A stretch of DNA of 43,328 nt from a virus (taxonomy: Duplodnaviria > Heunggongvirae > Uroviricota > Caudoviricetes), in the IMG/VR virus record IMGVR_UViG_3300033076_000972, positions 1-43,328 of that record, one strand, 5' to 3'. Below, in pieces: positions 1 through 8,587 of this stretch; the first letter of the stretch is position 1, and each line of letters starts with the position of its first letter. A model generated the notes under the pieces. That model made no database searches. It was not told the DNA's origin and saw only the letters and a program-made list of their open reading frames with translations. Both the position numbers and the translations under genes were made by a program.

Positions 1-109
1 CCGCATCCAAAAAGTCTTTACCTAAATCAAGGTACCTTTGTGGTTTATATTTTGCAGAAGTCGAAAACTTCTTTTTTATTGTACTGAAATCGTTTTTCTT
101 AATTGCCAT
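1..109 (-). CDS. 5' part of a gene running off the window; probable RecA/UvsX-like recombinase N-terminus
   Basis: ATG at 109 opens MAIKKNDFSTIKKKFSTSAKYKPQRYLDLGKDFLDA... to the window edge. It lies directly downstream of the SSB and resembles my recollection of large-phage RecA-like N-termini. No Walker A motif is visible in the window. Confidence 0.4.
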   Translation of the reverse strand, partial: MAIKKNDFSTIKKKFSTSAKYKPQRYLDLGKDFLDA

Positions 110-130
110 AATTTTGTTTAAATAAAAAGA

Positions 131-163
131 GCACGGACACTATGTCTTTGCAAGTGTCCATGC
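131..163 (-). terminator. Intrinsic terminator after the SSB gene
   Basis: On the minus strand, GCAUGGACACU pairs with AGUGUCCGUGC (11 bp with one G-U) and is followed by UCUUUUUAUUUU. Confidence 0.8.
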
Positions 164-174
164 TCATAAGTTTT

Positions 175-1011
175 TTAGAACGGTAATTCCTCGTCAGCCT
201 CCATTCCCGCCTGTGGGTCTACAGGTGTACCACCAAATACTTCAGTAGCTTCATCACCGTAAACATATTTCTTAGCCTCAGAATCCCAACGTGGAACTTC
301 ACCACGAGCAATCGCCTCTAAGTATTCAACAGGTTTTTTGGAATAAACGTCCGCCCATGTTGTTGGGTCATTTTTCCAAGCTTCCATTTGTTCAGCATCT
401 TCTGACAATTTGCTTGGGTCATCGTACATCACAGTTTGAATTGATGTATATTCTTTTCCTTTTGGTGTTTTTGATTTAACCAATTGGATGATAAGGTCAC
501 GACCTTCATTTGGGTCAGTCAAATTACCTTTAGCTCTCCAAATTGGAATAATTTTATCTAAAATACCGTCTTGTTTGTAGTTGTGTTTAAATCTCCAAAA
601 TTTAACACCATCTTCTTCGTGGTCACGGTCAATAACCTTAACGATGTAGAATTTACGTGCTTTATACTGTGCTGCCAAATCTTTGTCAGTTTGTTTACCA
701 GTTTTCATAAGTTCCTCATAAACCTCAGTCAAAGGTGAACGTCCACCTTCGTTTTTATCAGGGTCATAAAATTTATTGTAAACTCCATTAACTTGGATTT
801 CATGGAACCATACTTCCTTAAAAGGAGATGAACCATCAGTGGTTGGGAGAATTCTAATTCTTCTTTGTCCCGAGTTTTCACCTTTAGGAAGAATAGCTGC
901 GAAATAACGCTTCATTCTGTCCTCTTGTGACATCATTGGTTGGTCACCAAATGGTTTTGTGTTTTGTTCGTACTGCGCCAGAACGGCATCAAATGTTTTG
1001 TCTGTCATCAT
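175..1011 (-). CDS. gp32: Single-stranded DNA-binding protein, T4 gp32-like
   Basis: Contains RIRILP, PFKEVWFH and YIVKVIDRDHEEDGVKFWRF motifs and an acidic tail ending DEELPF. The ORF-track start at 1053 is a TTG; ATG at 1011 or 1008 is preferred. Confidence 0.85.
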   Translation of the reverse strand: MMTDKTFDAVLAQYEQNTKPFGDQPMMSQEDRMKRYFAAILPKGENSGQRRIRILPTTDGSSPFKEVWFHEIQVNGVYNKFYDPDKNEGGRSPLTEVYEELMKTGKQTDKDLAAQYKARKFYIVKVIDRDHEEDGVKFWRFKHNYKQDGILDKIIPIWRAKGNLTDPNEGRDLIIQLVKSKTPKGKEYTSIQTVMYDDPSKLSEDAEQMEAWKNDPTTWADVYSKKPVEYLEAIARGEVPRWDSEAKKYVYGDEATEVFGGTPVDPQAGMEADEELPF

Positions 1012-1041
1012 AATTGTATTTTTATCTTTTAATGTAAGATA

Positions 1042-1069
1042 ATTATAATACAATTTATTCAGAAATCAA
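1042..1069 (-). promoter_or_regulatory. Putative early/middle promoter TTGATT-N16-TATAAT
   Basis: -35 at 1069-1064 and -10 at 1047-1042, upstream of the SSB. The same pattern precedes the helicase, PolB and glycosyltransferase genes. Confidence 0.6.
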
Positions 1070-1070
1070 A

Positions 1071-1745
1071 TTAGTTTTGTAAACCCTGGTCAAAAGATTT
1101 TCTAATACCTGTCTTGTCGTAATTTTCAACATCATCAGGAGTTAGAATATATTGTTCTTTACCTTGTTGTTGCATCTGTGGTTCCTTTTCAGCAAAGAAA
1201 TCTGACAATTTTTGACTATAAGGACCCGAATCCATAGACCTTAATTCCATTTTCTCTTCAGCAGTTTTAGGTCTATATTTTTCAACCTTATCTTCAATTG
1301 AATTAATTTTTTCAAAAATAGAGTCCATCTGAGCCAACTTTGTTTCTAAGTCATTTAATTTTGACATCATTGAATTCATATACTCCTCTTGTTTTGACTG
1401 CATGTCTTTTTGTGAAGTAACTAATTCAGTAATGTCTAACTCTTCAGTACCGCTTTCATTAGTATCATTTTTACCACCTTCAGAATCACCAGTTTCAATT
1501 TCTTCAACATCAGGGTCGTTTTCAATATCAATTGGGGACGCAGTGTCGGGTGCTGCTTCACCTTCAGGTGGAGTTGCACCACCTAATGTTGTGTCATTAG
1601 GTGCCGGTGGTGGGGGTTCAACCGCACCAGGTTCATCACCTTCAGGTGGTGGAGGTAATGCCGCATCTTGTTCAACAATATAATTGTTGATTTGATTGTA
1701 TCTTTTTAATTCCTCTAATATTGTTTTTGAAACTTTGTTTTCCAT
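1071..1745 (-). CDS. Acidic, Pro-rich coiled-coil protein of unknown function (possible head core/scaffold-type protein)
   Basis: 224 aa with an N-terminal ILEEL motif, poly-Pro/Glu-Asp low-complexity middle and a heptad-like segment (MMSKLNDLETKLAQMDSIFEKINSIEDKV). Confidence 0.65.
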   Translation of the reverse strand: MENKVSKTILEELKRYNQINNYIVEQDAALPPPPEGDEPGAVEPPPPAPNDTTLGGATPPEGEAAPDTASPIDIENDPDVEEIETGDSEGGKNDTNESGTEELDITELVTSQKDMQSKQEEYMNSMMSKLNDLETKLAQMDSIFEKINSIEDKVEKYRPKTAEEKMELRSMDSGPYSQKLSDFFAEKEPQMQQQGKEQYILTPDDVENYDKTGIRKSFDQGLQN

Positions 1746-1747
1746 GA

Positions 1748-1975
1748 TTAACCGTTTAATAATGTTTTTACACCTTGTGGTGTTTCTACTTTTAATGTTC
1801 TGTTTAATTTCATAGTATTATCAACTCTTTCAATTAAACCGTCTTTTAATCTTACAGTGTAACAGTCACCAGTTTGTAAATCACAAACTTCTTTATATCC
1901 ATTACCCAAATCTTTTTCGGCAATTACAGTATCTTTCTGTAAGTAGTTATCTAATAAATTTTTTAAATTACTCAT
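1748..1975 (-). CDS. Hypothetical protein
   Basis: 75 aa with ATG start, preceded by TATTTAT and tightly coupled to the next gene. Contains CDLQTGDC. Confidence 0.7.
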   Translation of the reverse strand: MSNLKNLLDNYLQKDTVIAEKDLGNGYKEVCDLQTGDCYTVRLKDGLIERVDNTMKLNRTLKVETPQGVKTLLNG

Positions 1976-2010
1976 AGTATTTTTCTTAATAAATATAACG
2001 ATTTTTTGAT

Positions 2011-5000
2011 TTAGTACAATCCTAATGTTTTTGCTTGTTTATATGCCCATCTTACATTACCCAACCAAGTGTTATAATTTGAATCTTGATTGTAAGTTTT
2101 ATTTAAAGCCCCTGAAGTATACCAAGTATTATAGAATAATTCAATTATTTTATTCACAGTTTGTTCTTCTAAAAGTCCGTCAGTAAAATAACTACCCATT
2201 TTTTGAGAATAAAAATCTCTAACAAAATTAACATTGTCTTCAATTGTATTGAATGTAGCAAATGGTCTTGTAAGATTTTCACCCGTTTTCAAACATCTAT
2301 ACTTTGTTATTAAACTCTTTAATCCACCAGGAAACGCCACATCAATAATAACACCATATAAATTATTTTGTTTGTATTTTAATCTTGATGTTATTTCTGT
2401 ATTGTTACCCATCATATATAACATACAGAACATATATGTTTTTAATTTACTATCAGTAGTTGAGTTATTAATTAAACTAACAAGATTATTAACAGTTATT
2501 GAACTTGTTATTAAATCACTATTAGTAACAACACCATAAACTGGATTTACATTTTCAAGACATTCTTGTGTTGATATGTCAGTAGTTTGACTAATAAATC
2601 CTTGATAAGGAGTTCTACCTGATAATACATAATTTTTTGATTGGTCACCTGTCAGATATTGTCTTGAATTACTATCAAACGAAACTAAAGTATTACTATC
2701 GACAAATTGTTTGATTTTGTCAGATAATTTTTTTGAAAAGTCTTCATTAACACTCGCTAAATCTTCAGATACTTTTGTATTAATATTTGCAGAAACTCTT
2801 TGTCCATTAAACTCAGTGTTGAAGCTTCCCGGACTTATTGTATGTTTAACATTTCGAATGATATATGTACCGTTAAACATTGGCATGTGTCTCAATACAA
2901 AGTACATTGTTGGTTGAATCATTACATTACCCAAAGTTTTTACTGTACTAGTATATGAACGGTTTTTATAAAAATCATATAACGATGTTGTTTGTTGCAT
3001 TGTTTTTTTACCTGAGCCTTGGTTACCCATATCAATTGTTGTTTGAATTTGTTCGGATGATGTAACACCTTGTTCTTGGTTAATGTCAACAGATTTAAAG
3101 ATACTTTGGTTTATTGTACCAAAGTCAACAACAAAACCAACTGCTTTATTACTATTATGTTGGTTTGGTGAACTTTTTTCAACAATTGGATTGTTAGTTG
3201 GATTACCCAAATCAAAAGAATCACTCTTAAATGGGTAATTAGGGTCAGACTCTAAAGACAATGTTTGTGACGGTCTGTCAATATATTGACATAAAAATTT
3301 AGGTGCCGAGTCAATATAATCAACATATGTATATGTACTGAAAACATCATTAGCATTATTCAAAATTGATACATTTCTATCGGTAGTTCTTAATGATGAT
3401 TTACCATAAAAATTAATGTACGCAGGCATTACAAAGAAGTTCATTCTATTATCAGAAACTATTTGTCTAATTAATGACATTACTGAATTTGATGAGTTGT
3501 CCCAGTTACAATACTTTCTAATTGAGTCAGTATTAATAATTAACTCATCACCTATATCACGATTAGCCTTATCAAAAAATAAAAATTCGTCAAATATCAA
3601 TCTACTTTTTGTATCTCTACCCGCAACCCATTTATCATTAACAGCTTTAAATAGTTCCCATTGTTCTAATTTAATAATGTCACCATCTAATTTAGAATCA
3701 ACATTTTGAGTTGTCTCTTGTCTTTGACCCAATAAAGATGACGGTAATTTACCTCTAAATTGTTGTTCAATACTATTACGTTTTGTTTCAGCCTTGGTTA
3801 AAATATTTGATATGTCACTAGCAAATCTTGTTGAACTATAGGTTGAATCAAGTTTCTTTTGTGTTGCATATATTCTTATTAACGGATATAATCCTTTTAT
3901 ATTTTCACTTGTGAATGGTATTTGATTATCTCTAAAAAAGTCATATACTGTTGACGTTTGGGTATATTCAATACCTTCTATTGTTGAAAATCCAACATAT
4001 TCTTGTAGAGTTTTCCATACATCAGGATATTGAGATTTAGAATCGGAAACTGTTTTACCACCAACACTTGGTAATGGATTTGGGTCATTGGGATAAAATG
4101 TTACGTATTGTCCACCATAACTAAAGTTCTGAGCCGGTTTGAATTGTGGATTATTTGAAAAATTACCAAATTGTTGTCTGTCATATTTTTTTGGATTTCC
4201 ATTTTTTAAATAAACTTGTATATTAACAAATTTACTTAACACGTCATTAATGTTTGCGGCTTGTGTTTTAGCCAAAGAAATATTATCTAAACCAGCATCA
4301 GGTTTAATTAAGAACATTTTCTTAAATAAATTAATAATATTTGCATATGTTGTATCATCACCTTCAGGTGAAAATATTTTAGATTGTCCATCTATTTTAC
4401 AGAATTCTTTAAATTCGGTTTCAAATGAATCTAATTGGTCTTTAGTAAACACACCAAATAAATCTTCAATTGATGAATATACACTTGAAATGTCAAAGTC
4501 AGGTTGGTTTTCAGTTGTACCAGTTCTTACATATTTCATGTATTCAAATGGTGTTGGCATTGTAACTTTGGAATTATCAAACCATCCATAAGTTGGTGCG
4601 TTCCAAAAAGTTTTAACACTACCATTATACATTTGATTTGAAGAACTTAATTCACTTATACTAACATCTGATGTGTTACCTTCATCTCTTAATTCATAAT
4701 ATGATTGTTGGAATGGTTGTACACCAGAAGATGGAAACAAACATTTAAATCCGTCGTATTGCGGACCAAAGTATGGTGTGTAATCAGCGTTAATGTTTAA
4801 ATAAGAATACCAACTAGATATTGGTCCTTTTATTTTACCAACGTTTTCATTGTTGTATTGTAAAACTAACTCATTACCAAATAAAACTGTGCTGTTATCT
4901 AAATCGTAATTATCAAATAAATTATTGTTTGTTAATAATTTATAAAAACTATTAATTACTTGCGGATAAAAACCATTTTGTATTGTGTTGGTTCCTAAAA

Positions 5001-8000
5001 GTGTAAATGGTCGTTTACCTGAGTTTGCTGAACCATAAACAATGTTATATGTTTTAGATGGATTTGATGTTATAGGGTCATAATTTTTCTTGTAATCAAA
5101 ATCTTTCCATATTGATGTTAGAATATCTGTGTTAGTTTCAATATAATTTTTATATCTATACCATATTGAACCTAATTTAAGAATCCAAGCATAAGGTAAT
5201 TCATGAATTGCTGAAAACTTATTTAAATTAGCAAATATGTATTCAGTTGAAACACCATTAGTACTATCAATATATTTTTCATGCAATGTTGATAATGGCA
5301 ATGAGTTTAATAAAAGATAACCCAATTTAGTGTATTTGTTATCACCCGTTGAGCTACTTGACTCAACAATTGCGTTTATAAAATAAGGTGTGTTTAATAA
5401 ACTTGTAGTTTGTGTAATTGTTAAATTATTATCAGTTGTGTATGTTAAATTACCCTCAGTATAGAATTTTTTTAATTTGTTTCCATACCTATCTTCATAA
5501 AAATTAATAATAAGTTGGTTTGTTGTTTGTGTGTCTGAATAACCCGCAGTACTAGTTTGGTTTCGAGTTAATGGTGTAATATTTGGGCCCGAAAAATTAT
5601 CAATAACTAATTTTTTATCATTAAAACCATAACTATTAATTGTGGTATATCTATTATCTTTATTAGGTGTACCTTGCATTTTTTTAGCAAAATCATCAAA
5701 GATAAACGGATATGTATCAAAGATTGTGGTTGCGTTAGTTGTATTAGCGCTTATAACACTTCTAATGTTATCCAAACTCTTAATTTTTAATGGGTTAGTT
5801 GTTGAAACATTGAAGTCTCTCGGACTTAAAAGTTTCCAACTATTATTAACTTGGTCTTGAATATATGGTGTTACAAAGTTCTGAGATATAAATGTTTGCC
5901 ATAGTGGTCCCGCTTGATTTTCACCAGCAGTTGTTTTTAAGTAATTATAAAGTGTTGTTGTTGGTAATGTATTTGTAATAACATCTTTTAAATTACCTGT
6001 TGGTAATGACTGTACAACATTATTAGTTTCAATATCTGAGGCGGTTAAAACTAAGTCTTCATTTACATCAATATAATATAACCCAGAATAAAAAGTATTA
6101 AGATATAATCTTTCATACATTTCATAAACATAATTTTCAGTTGGATTATTTTGTTGACTATAAACATTAGTATTAAACGGTATTTCAATAGCGTGTTCAG
6201 GTGTATATTTTAAAACTAAAGACGGATTTGGTTTTACGTCTGTTGTAAAATTTCTGTCTTTTTCTAAAACACCTTTCAAATATTCTTCAACAAATTCAAC
6301 TTCAGGCCATATAACAGGATTATACGCTTGTGTTGATTCACTAGTTGCCTTTGAACCCGGATATGTTACTTCATATTCTACTTTTCCTGATGTTTCTTTT
6401 TTCTGAACAAATTGTGGCCAAGGATAAACAAAATAATTAGGGTTCTGAGTTGTAGTTGTTTTAATTACGTTTTTACCTTCCTGAGATGGGTTTGTAGTCA
6501 GGATTGATTTTAATCTTGCGGTATTTTCTCGTTGGTTCCAAGCATTTGTATGAACATCATCCATTAACTGATAGAAAGCATCAACTGAAGCCATGATAGC
6601 ACCGACAACGTTTCTAACTGTTGGTCTAAATTGTAAGTCTTGTACATTACCATTTGTCCTAACCTTATCTTTTAAAACTTGGTTAAGTCTTTCTGATTCT
6701 TCTTTATATTTTTGTATAATTTGACCATTAATGTTTTTTATACTTTCAATTTCTTTATCTAATGTATAGTAATATAAATTACCTGTAGTTATTGTAACAT
6801 TTTCTTTTGGGTCAATAGAAATTAAGGTTCCGTTGGTTCTTAATTCATTTATCAAATTAACTTTAAATTTATTATATTCAACGTCGGTATTTGGATTAGT
6901 TATTTGTCGACCCCTTTGTTTGAAATATGTGTCCTCAAAATTAATGTCTTCAACACTGAATTTTTCTTTAAAGAAATTAACATTAAACGCTTTAGGGTCT
7001 AAAGCAATACTTTTACAAATATCAGTTGGTACTGAACTAAATTCTTTAATCGCTCCGTCTAAAATTGATGTTAATTTATTTTCTACTTCACCTGACAATT
7101 TTACATTTGACTCAATTGTTTCACCTGTTGAACTATTTGTTAAATTTTTCAATGGATACAATTTAATATTCTTAAACGAGTCGTTTAATACCAATACTTT
7201 AGTTGAGTCTAAGTTTGTTTGTCCCCAATCAACAATTTTATTACTAAAATTATTTAAAGAACCCTTATATCTTTCAAGTGCAACTATATTTGTAAAATCT
7301 AATTTATCAAATTCTTTATTCAAAAATTCTGTATACTTGGTCAATCTCAATGACATTTCATTCAAAGATATTGCCGGTACATTGTTATCAATTAAACCTC
7401 TTCTTTTATATTCATCAAAAACTTGTACTATTTTAGAATAACCTTTTGACGGTGATTGTACAAGTACTTCAGTAGTATTTCCAACACCATTTTGTTGTAC
7501 CGATGCGGTACCTGTGTCATTTGTATTACCGTTTGGTACATTAGGTATATAATACTGATTATACATGTGTGGTAATGCAAACAAATATCCTAAACGGATA
7601 TCATCTAGCATTGCACTTGTTCTAGCAATAAATTTTAAATTAACAACATAATTTCCCGTTGACGCTTCAAACGAAGCTTGGAAATTTAATAACATTAACT
7701 CATACTTAATGGCTTTACCATAAAACCCTTTCAATACTAATTCAAAAAGAGGGTATGGATAATATAAGAATACGGAATAAGGTGAATTACCACCTGTTTG
7801 GAATAAACTTCGACCTTGAACATCTACCAATGTCATTGTTACTGTTGGGACACCGTTGAATTTTATATCAACATTAATGTCTCTAATACCCAAAACTTGG
7901 GTGTCAACAAAATTAGTTTGTTGTGGGTTTTGAATATTATTAAATTTGATTTGGTTTACACCTTGTCCTTGACTACTACCAGCTCCTGTAAATTCGTCAG

Positions 8001-8280
8001 TATAACTTGTGTCAAATACATTTTTATCAGTAGGTTTTAAAAAATTAATTGACGCAACTGTTGTATTGTTTACGCTCGACTCAACGTCTTGTCCTACAGC
8101 AAGTTTTGTTCTTGGTACAGCCTTTGCAATTAAATTTGCATACATTACCAAATTCTCTTGTTTTATAACACGGTCTTTTTTTAACCCTTTTGAATCTATA
8201 ACAGAATTTGGGTCAATTAAAACAATGTTTGAGTTTTCTTCGTAATATATGTTTTCACCACCACCAAAATTATCTGCCAT
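2011..8280 (-). CDS. Giant baseplate hub-like protein (gp27/gpD/VgrG-type ends) with a possible C-terminal cell-wall hydrolase-like domain
   Basis: About 2090 aa. A hub-type motif LGNVMIQPTMYFVLRHMPMFNGTYIIRNVKHTISPGSFNTEFNGQR lies near the C-terminus, and the gene follows the gp53/LysM-like gene. Start at 8280 (MADN) overlaps the upstream stop (ATGGCAGATAA) and is preferred over 8307. Confidence 0.6.
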   Translation of the reverse strand: MADNFGGGENIYYEENSNIVLIDPNSVIDSKGLKKDRVIKQENLVMYANLIAKAVPRTKLAVGQDVESSVNNTTVASINFLKPTDKNVFDTSYTDEFTGAGSSQGQGVNQIKFNNIQNPQQTNFVDTQVLGIRDINVDIKFNGVPTVTMTLVDVQGRSLFQTGGNSPYSVFLYYPYPLFELVLKGFYGKAIKYELMLLNFQASFEASTGNYVVNLKFIARTSAMLDDIRLGYLFALPHMYNQYYIPNVPNGNTNDTGTASVQQNGVGNTTEVLVQSPSKGYSKIVQVFDEYKRRGLIDNNVPAISLNEMSLRLTKYTEFLNKEFDKLDFTNIVALERYKGSLNNFSNKIVDWGQTNLDSTKVLVLNDSFKNIKLYPLKNLTNSSTGETIESNVKLSGEVENKLTSILDGAIKEFSSVPTDICKSIALDPKAFNVNFFKEKFSVEDINFEDTYFKQRGRQITNPNTDVEYNKFKVNLINELRTNGTLISIDPKENVTITTGNLYYYTLDKEIESIKNINGQIIQKYKEESERLNQVLKDKVRTNGNVQDLQFRPTVRNVVGAIMASVDAFYQLMDDVHTNAWNQRENTARLKSILTTNPSQEGKNVIKTTTTQNPNYFVYPWPQFVQKKETSGKVEYEVTYPGSKATSESTQAYNPVIWPEVEFVEEYLKGVLEKDRNFTTDVKPNPSLVLKYTPEHAIEIPFNTNVYSQQNNPTENYVYEMYERLYLNTFYSGLYYIDVNEDLVLTASDIETNNVVQSLPTGNLKDVITNTLPTTTLYNYLKTTAGENQAGPLWQTFISQNFVTPYIQDQVNNSWKLLSPRDFNVSTTNPLKIKSLDNIRSVISANTTNATTIFDTYPFIFDDFAKKMQGTPNKDNRYTTINSYGFNDKKLVIDNFSGPNITPLTRNQTSTAGYSDTQTTNQLIINFYEDRYGNKLKKFYTEGNLTYTTDNNLTITQTTSLLNTPYFINAIVESSSSTGDNKYTKLGYLLLNSLPLSTLHEKYIDSTNGVSTEYIFANLNKFSAIHELPYAWILKLGSIWYRYKNYIETNTDILTSIWKDFDYKKNYDPITSNPSKTYNIVYGSANSGKRPFTLLGTNTIQNGFYPQVINSFYKLLTNNNLFDNYDLDNSTVLFGNELVLQYNNENVGKIKGPISSWYSYLNINADYTPYFGPQYDGFKCLFPSSGVQPFQQSYYELRDEGNTSDVSISELSSSNQMYNGSVKTFWNAPTYGWFDNSKVTMPTPFEYMKYVRTGTTENQPDFDISSVYSSIEDLFGVFTKDQLDSFETEFKEFCKIDGQSKIFSPEGDDTTYANIINLFKKMFLIKPDAGLDNISLAKTQAANINDVLSKFVNIQVYLKNGNPKKYDRQQFGNFSNNPQFKPAQNFSYGGQYVTFYPNDPNPLPSVGGKTVSDSKSQYPDVWKTLQEYVGFSTIEGIEYTQTSTVYDFFRDNQIPFTSENIKGLYPLIRIYATQKKLDSTYSSTRFASDISNILTKAETKRNSIEQQFRGKLPSSLLGQRQETTQNVDSKLDGDIIKLEQWELFKAVNDKWVAGRDTKSRLIFDEFLFFDKANRDIGDELIINTDSIRKYCNWDNSSNSVMSLIRQIVSDNRMNFFVMPAYINFYGKSSLRTTDRNVSILNNANDVFSTYTYVDYIDSAPKFLCQYIDRPSQTLSLESDPNYPFKSDSFDLGNPTNNPIVEKSSPNQHNSNKAVGFVVDFGTINQSIFKSVDINQEQGVTSSEQIQTTIDMGNQGSGKKTMQQTTSLYDFYKNRSYTSTVKTLGNVMIQPTMYFVLRHMPMFNGTYIIRNVKHTISPGSFNTEFNGQRVSANINTKVSEDLASVNEDFSKKLSDKIKQFVDSNTLVSFDSNSRQYLTGDQSKNYVLSGRTPYQGFISQTTDISTQECLENVNPVYGVVTNSDLITSSITVNNLVSLINNSTTDSKLKTYMFCMLYMMGNNTEITSRLKYKQNNLYGVIIDVAFPGGLKSLITKYRCLKTGENLTRPFATFNTIEDNVNFVRDFYSQKMGSYFTDGLLEEQTVNKIIELFYNTWYTSGALNKTYNQDSNYNTWLGNVRWAYKQAKTLGLY

Positions 8281-8587
8281 AATAATAGAATCTTGTTTGT
8301 ATAGCATTATTATAATCCTGAAGTGAAGTAACTAAAGGATATGGTATAATAATGATTGAATTATCAGGTATATCCCACTCTAACCCACCATACTCAGGAT
8401 TCGCTTGTAATATTAACCAACCAAAAAATGGTGTTCCATAATATTCTTGACTAATCTTATCTAATCTACTAACACCTGCTTTAAATACATATTTTATATC
8501 AGTACTTTTTCTTGGTAGTGTTAAACCAGGAACAACGGTTTGCTCACCGTTTAACAAAAATTGACTATATCTATTGTAGTAATCCAT
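8270..8587 (-). CDS. Baseplate wedge gp53-like / LysM-fold (tail X-type) protein
   Basis: 105 aa with the signature RLDKISQEYYG..FFGWLILQANP...IPDNSIIIIP, located in the baseplate cluster. Confidence 0.75.
   Translation of the reverse strand: MDYYNRYSQFLLNGEQTVVPGLTLPRKSTDIKYVFKAGVSRLDKISQEYYGTPFFGWLILQANPEYGGLEWDIPDNSIIIIPYPLVTSLQDYNNAIQTRFYYYGR

Noticed and set aside
2234-7441. Plus-strand ORFs inside the giant hub gene (e.g. 6833-7441, 202 aa)
   Set aside because: They lie antisense to a long, well-formed gene and have Leu/Ser/Phe-rich shadow composition with no motifs or promoter signals.
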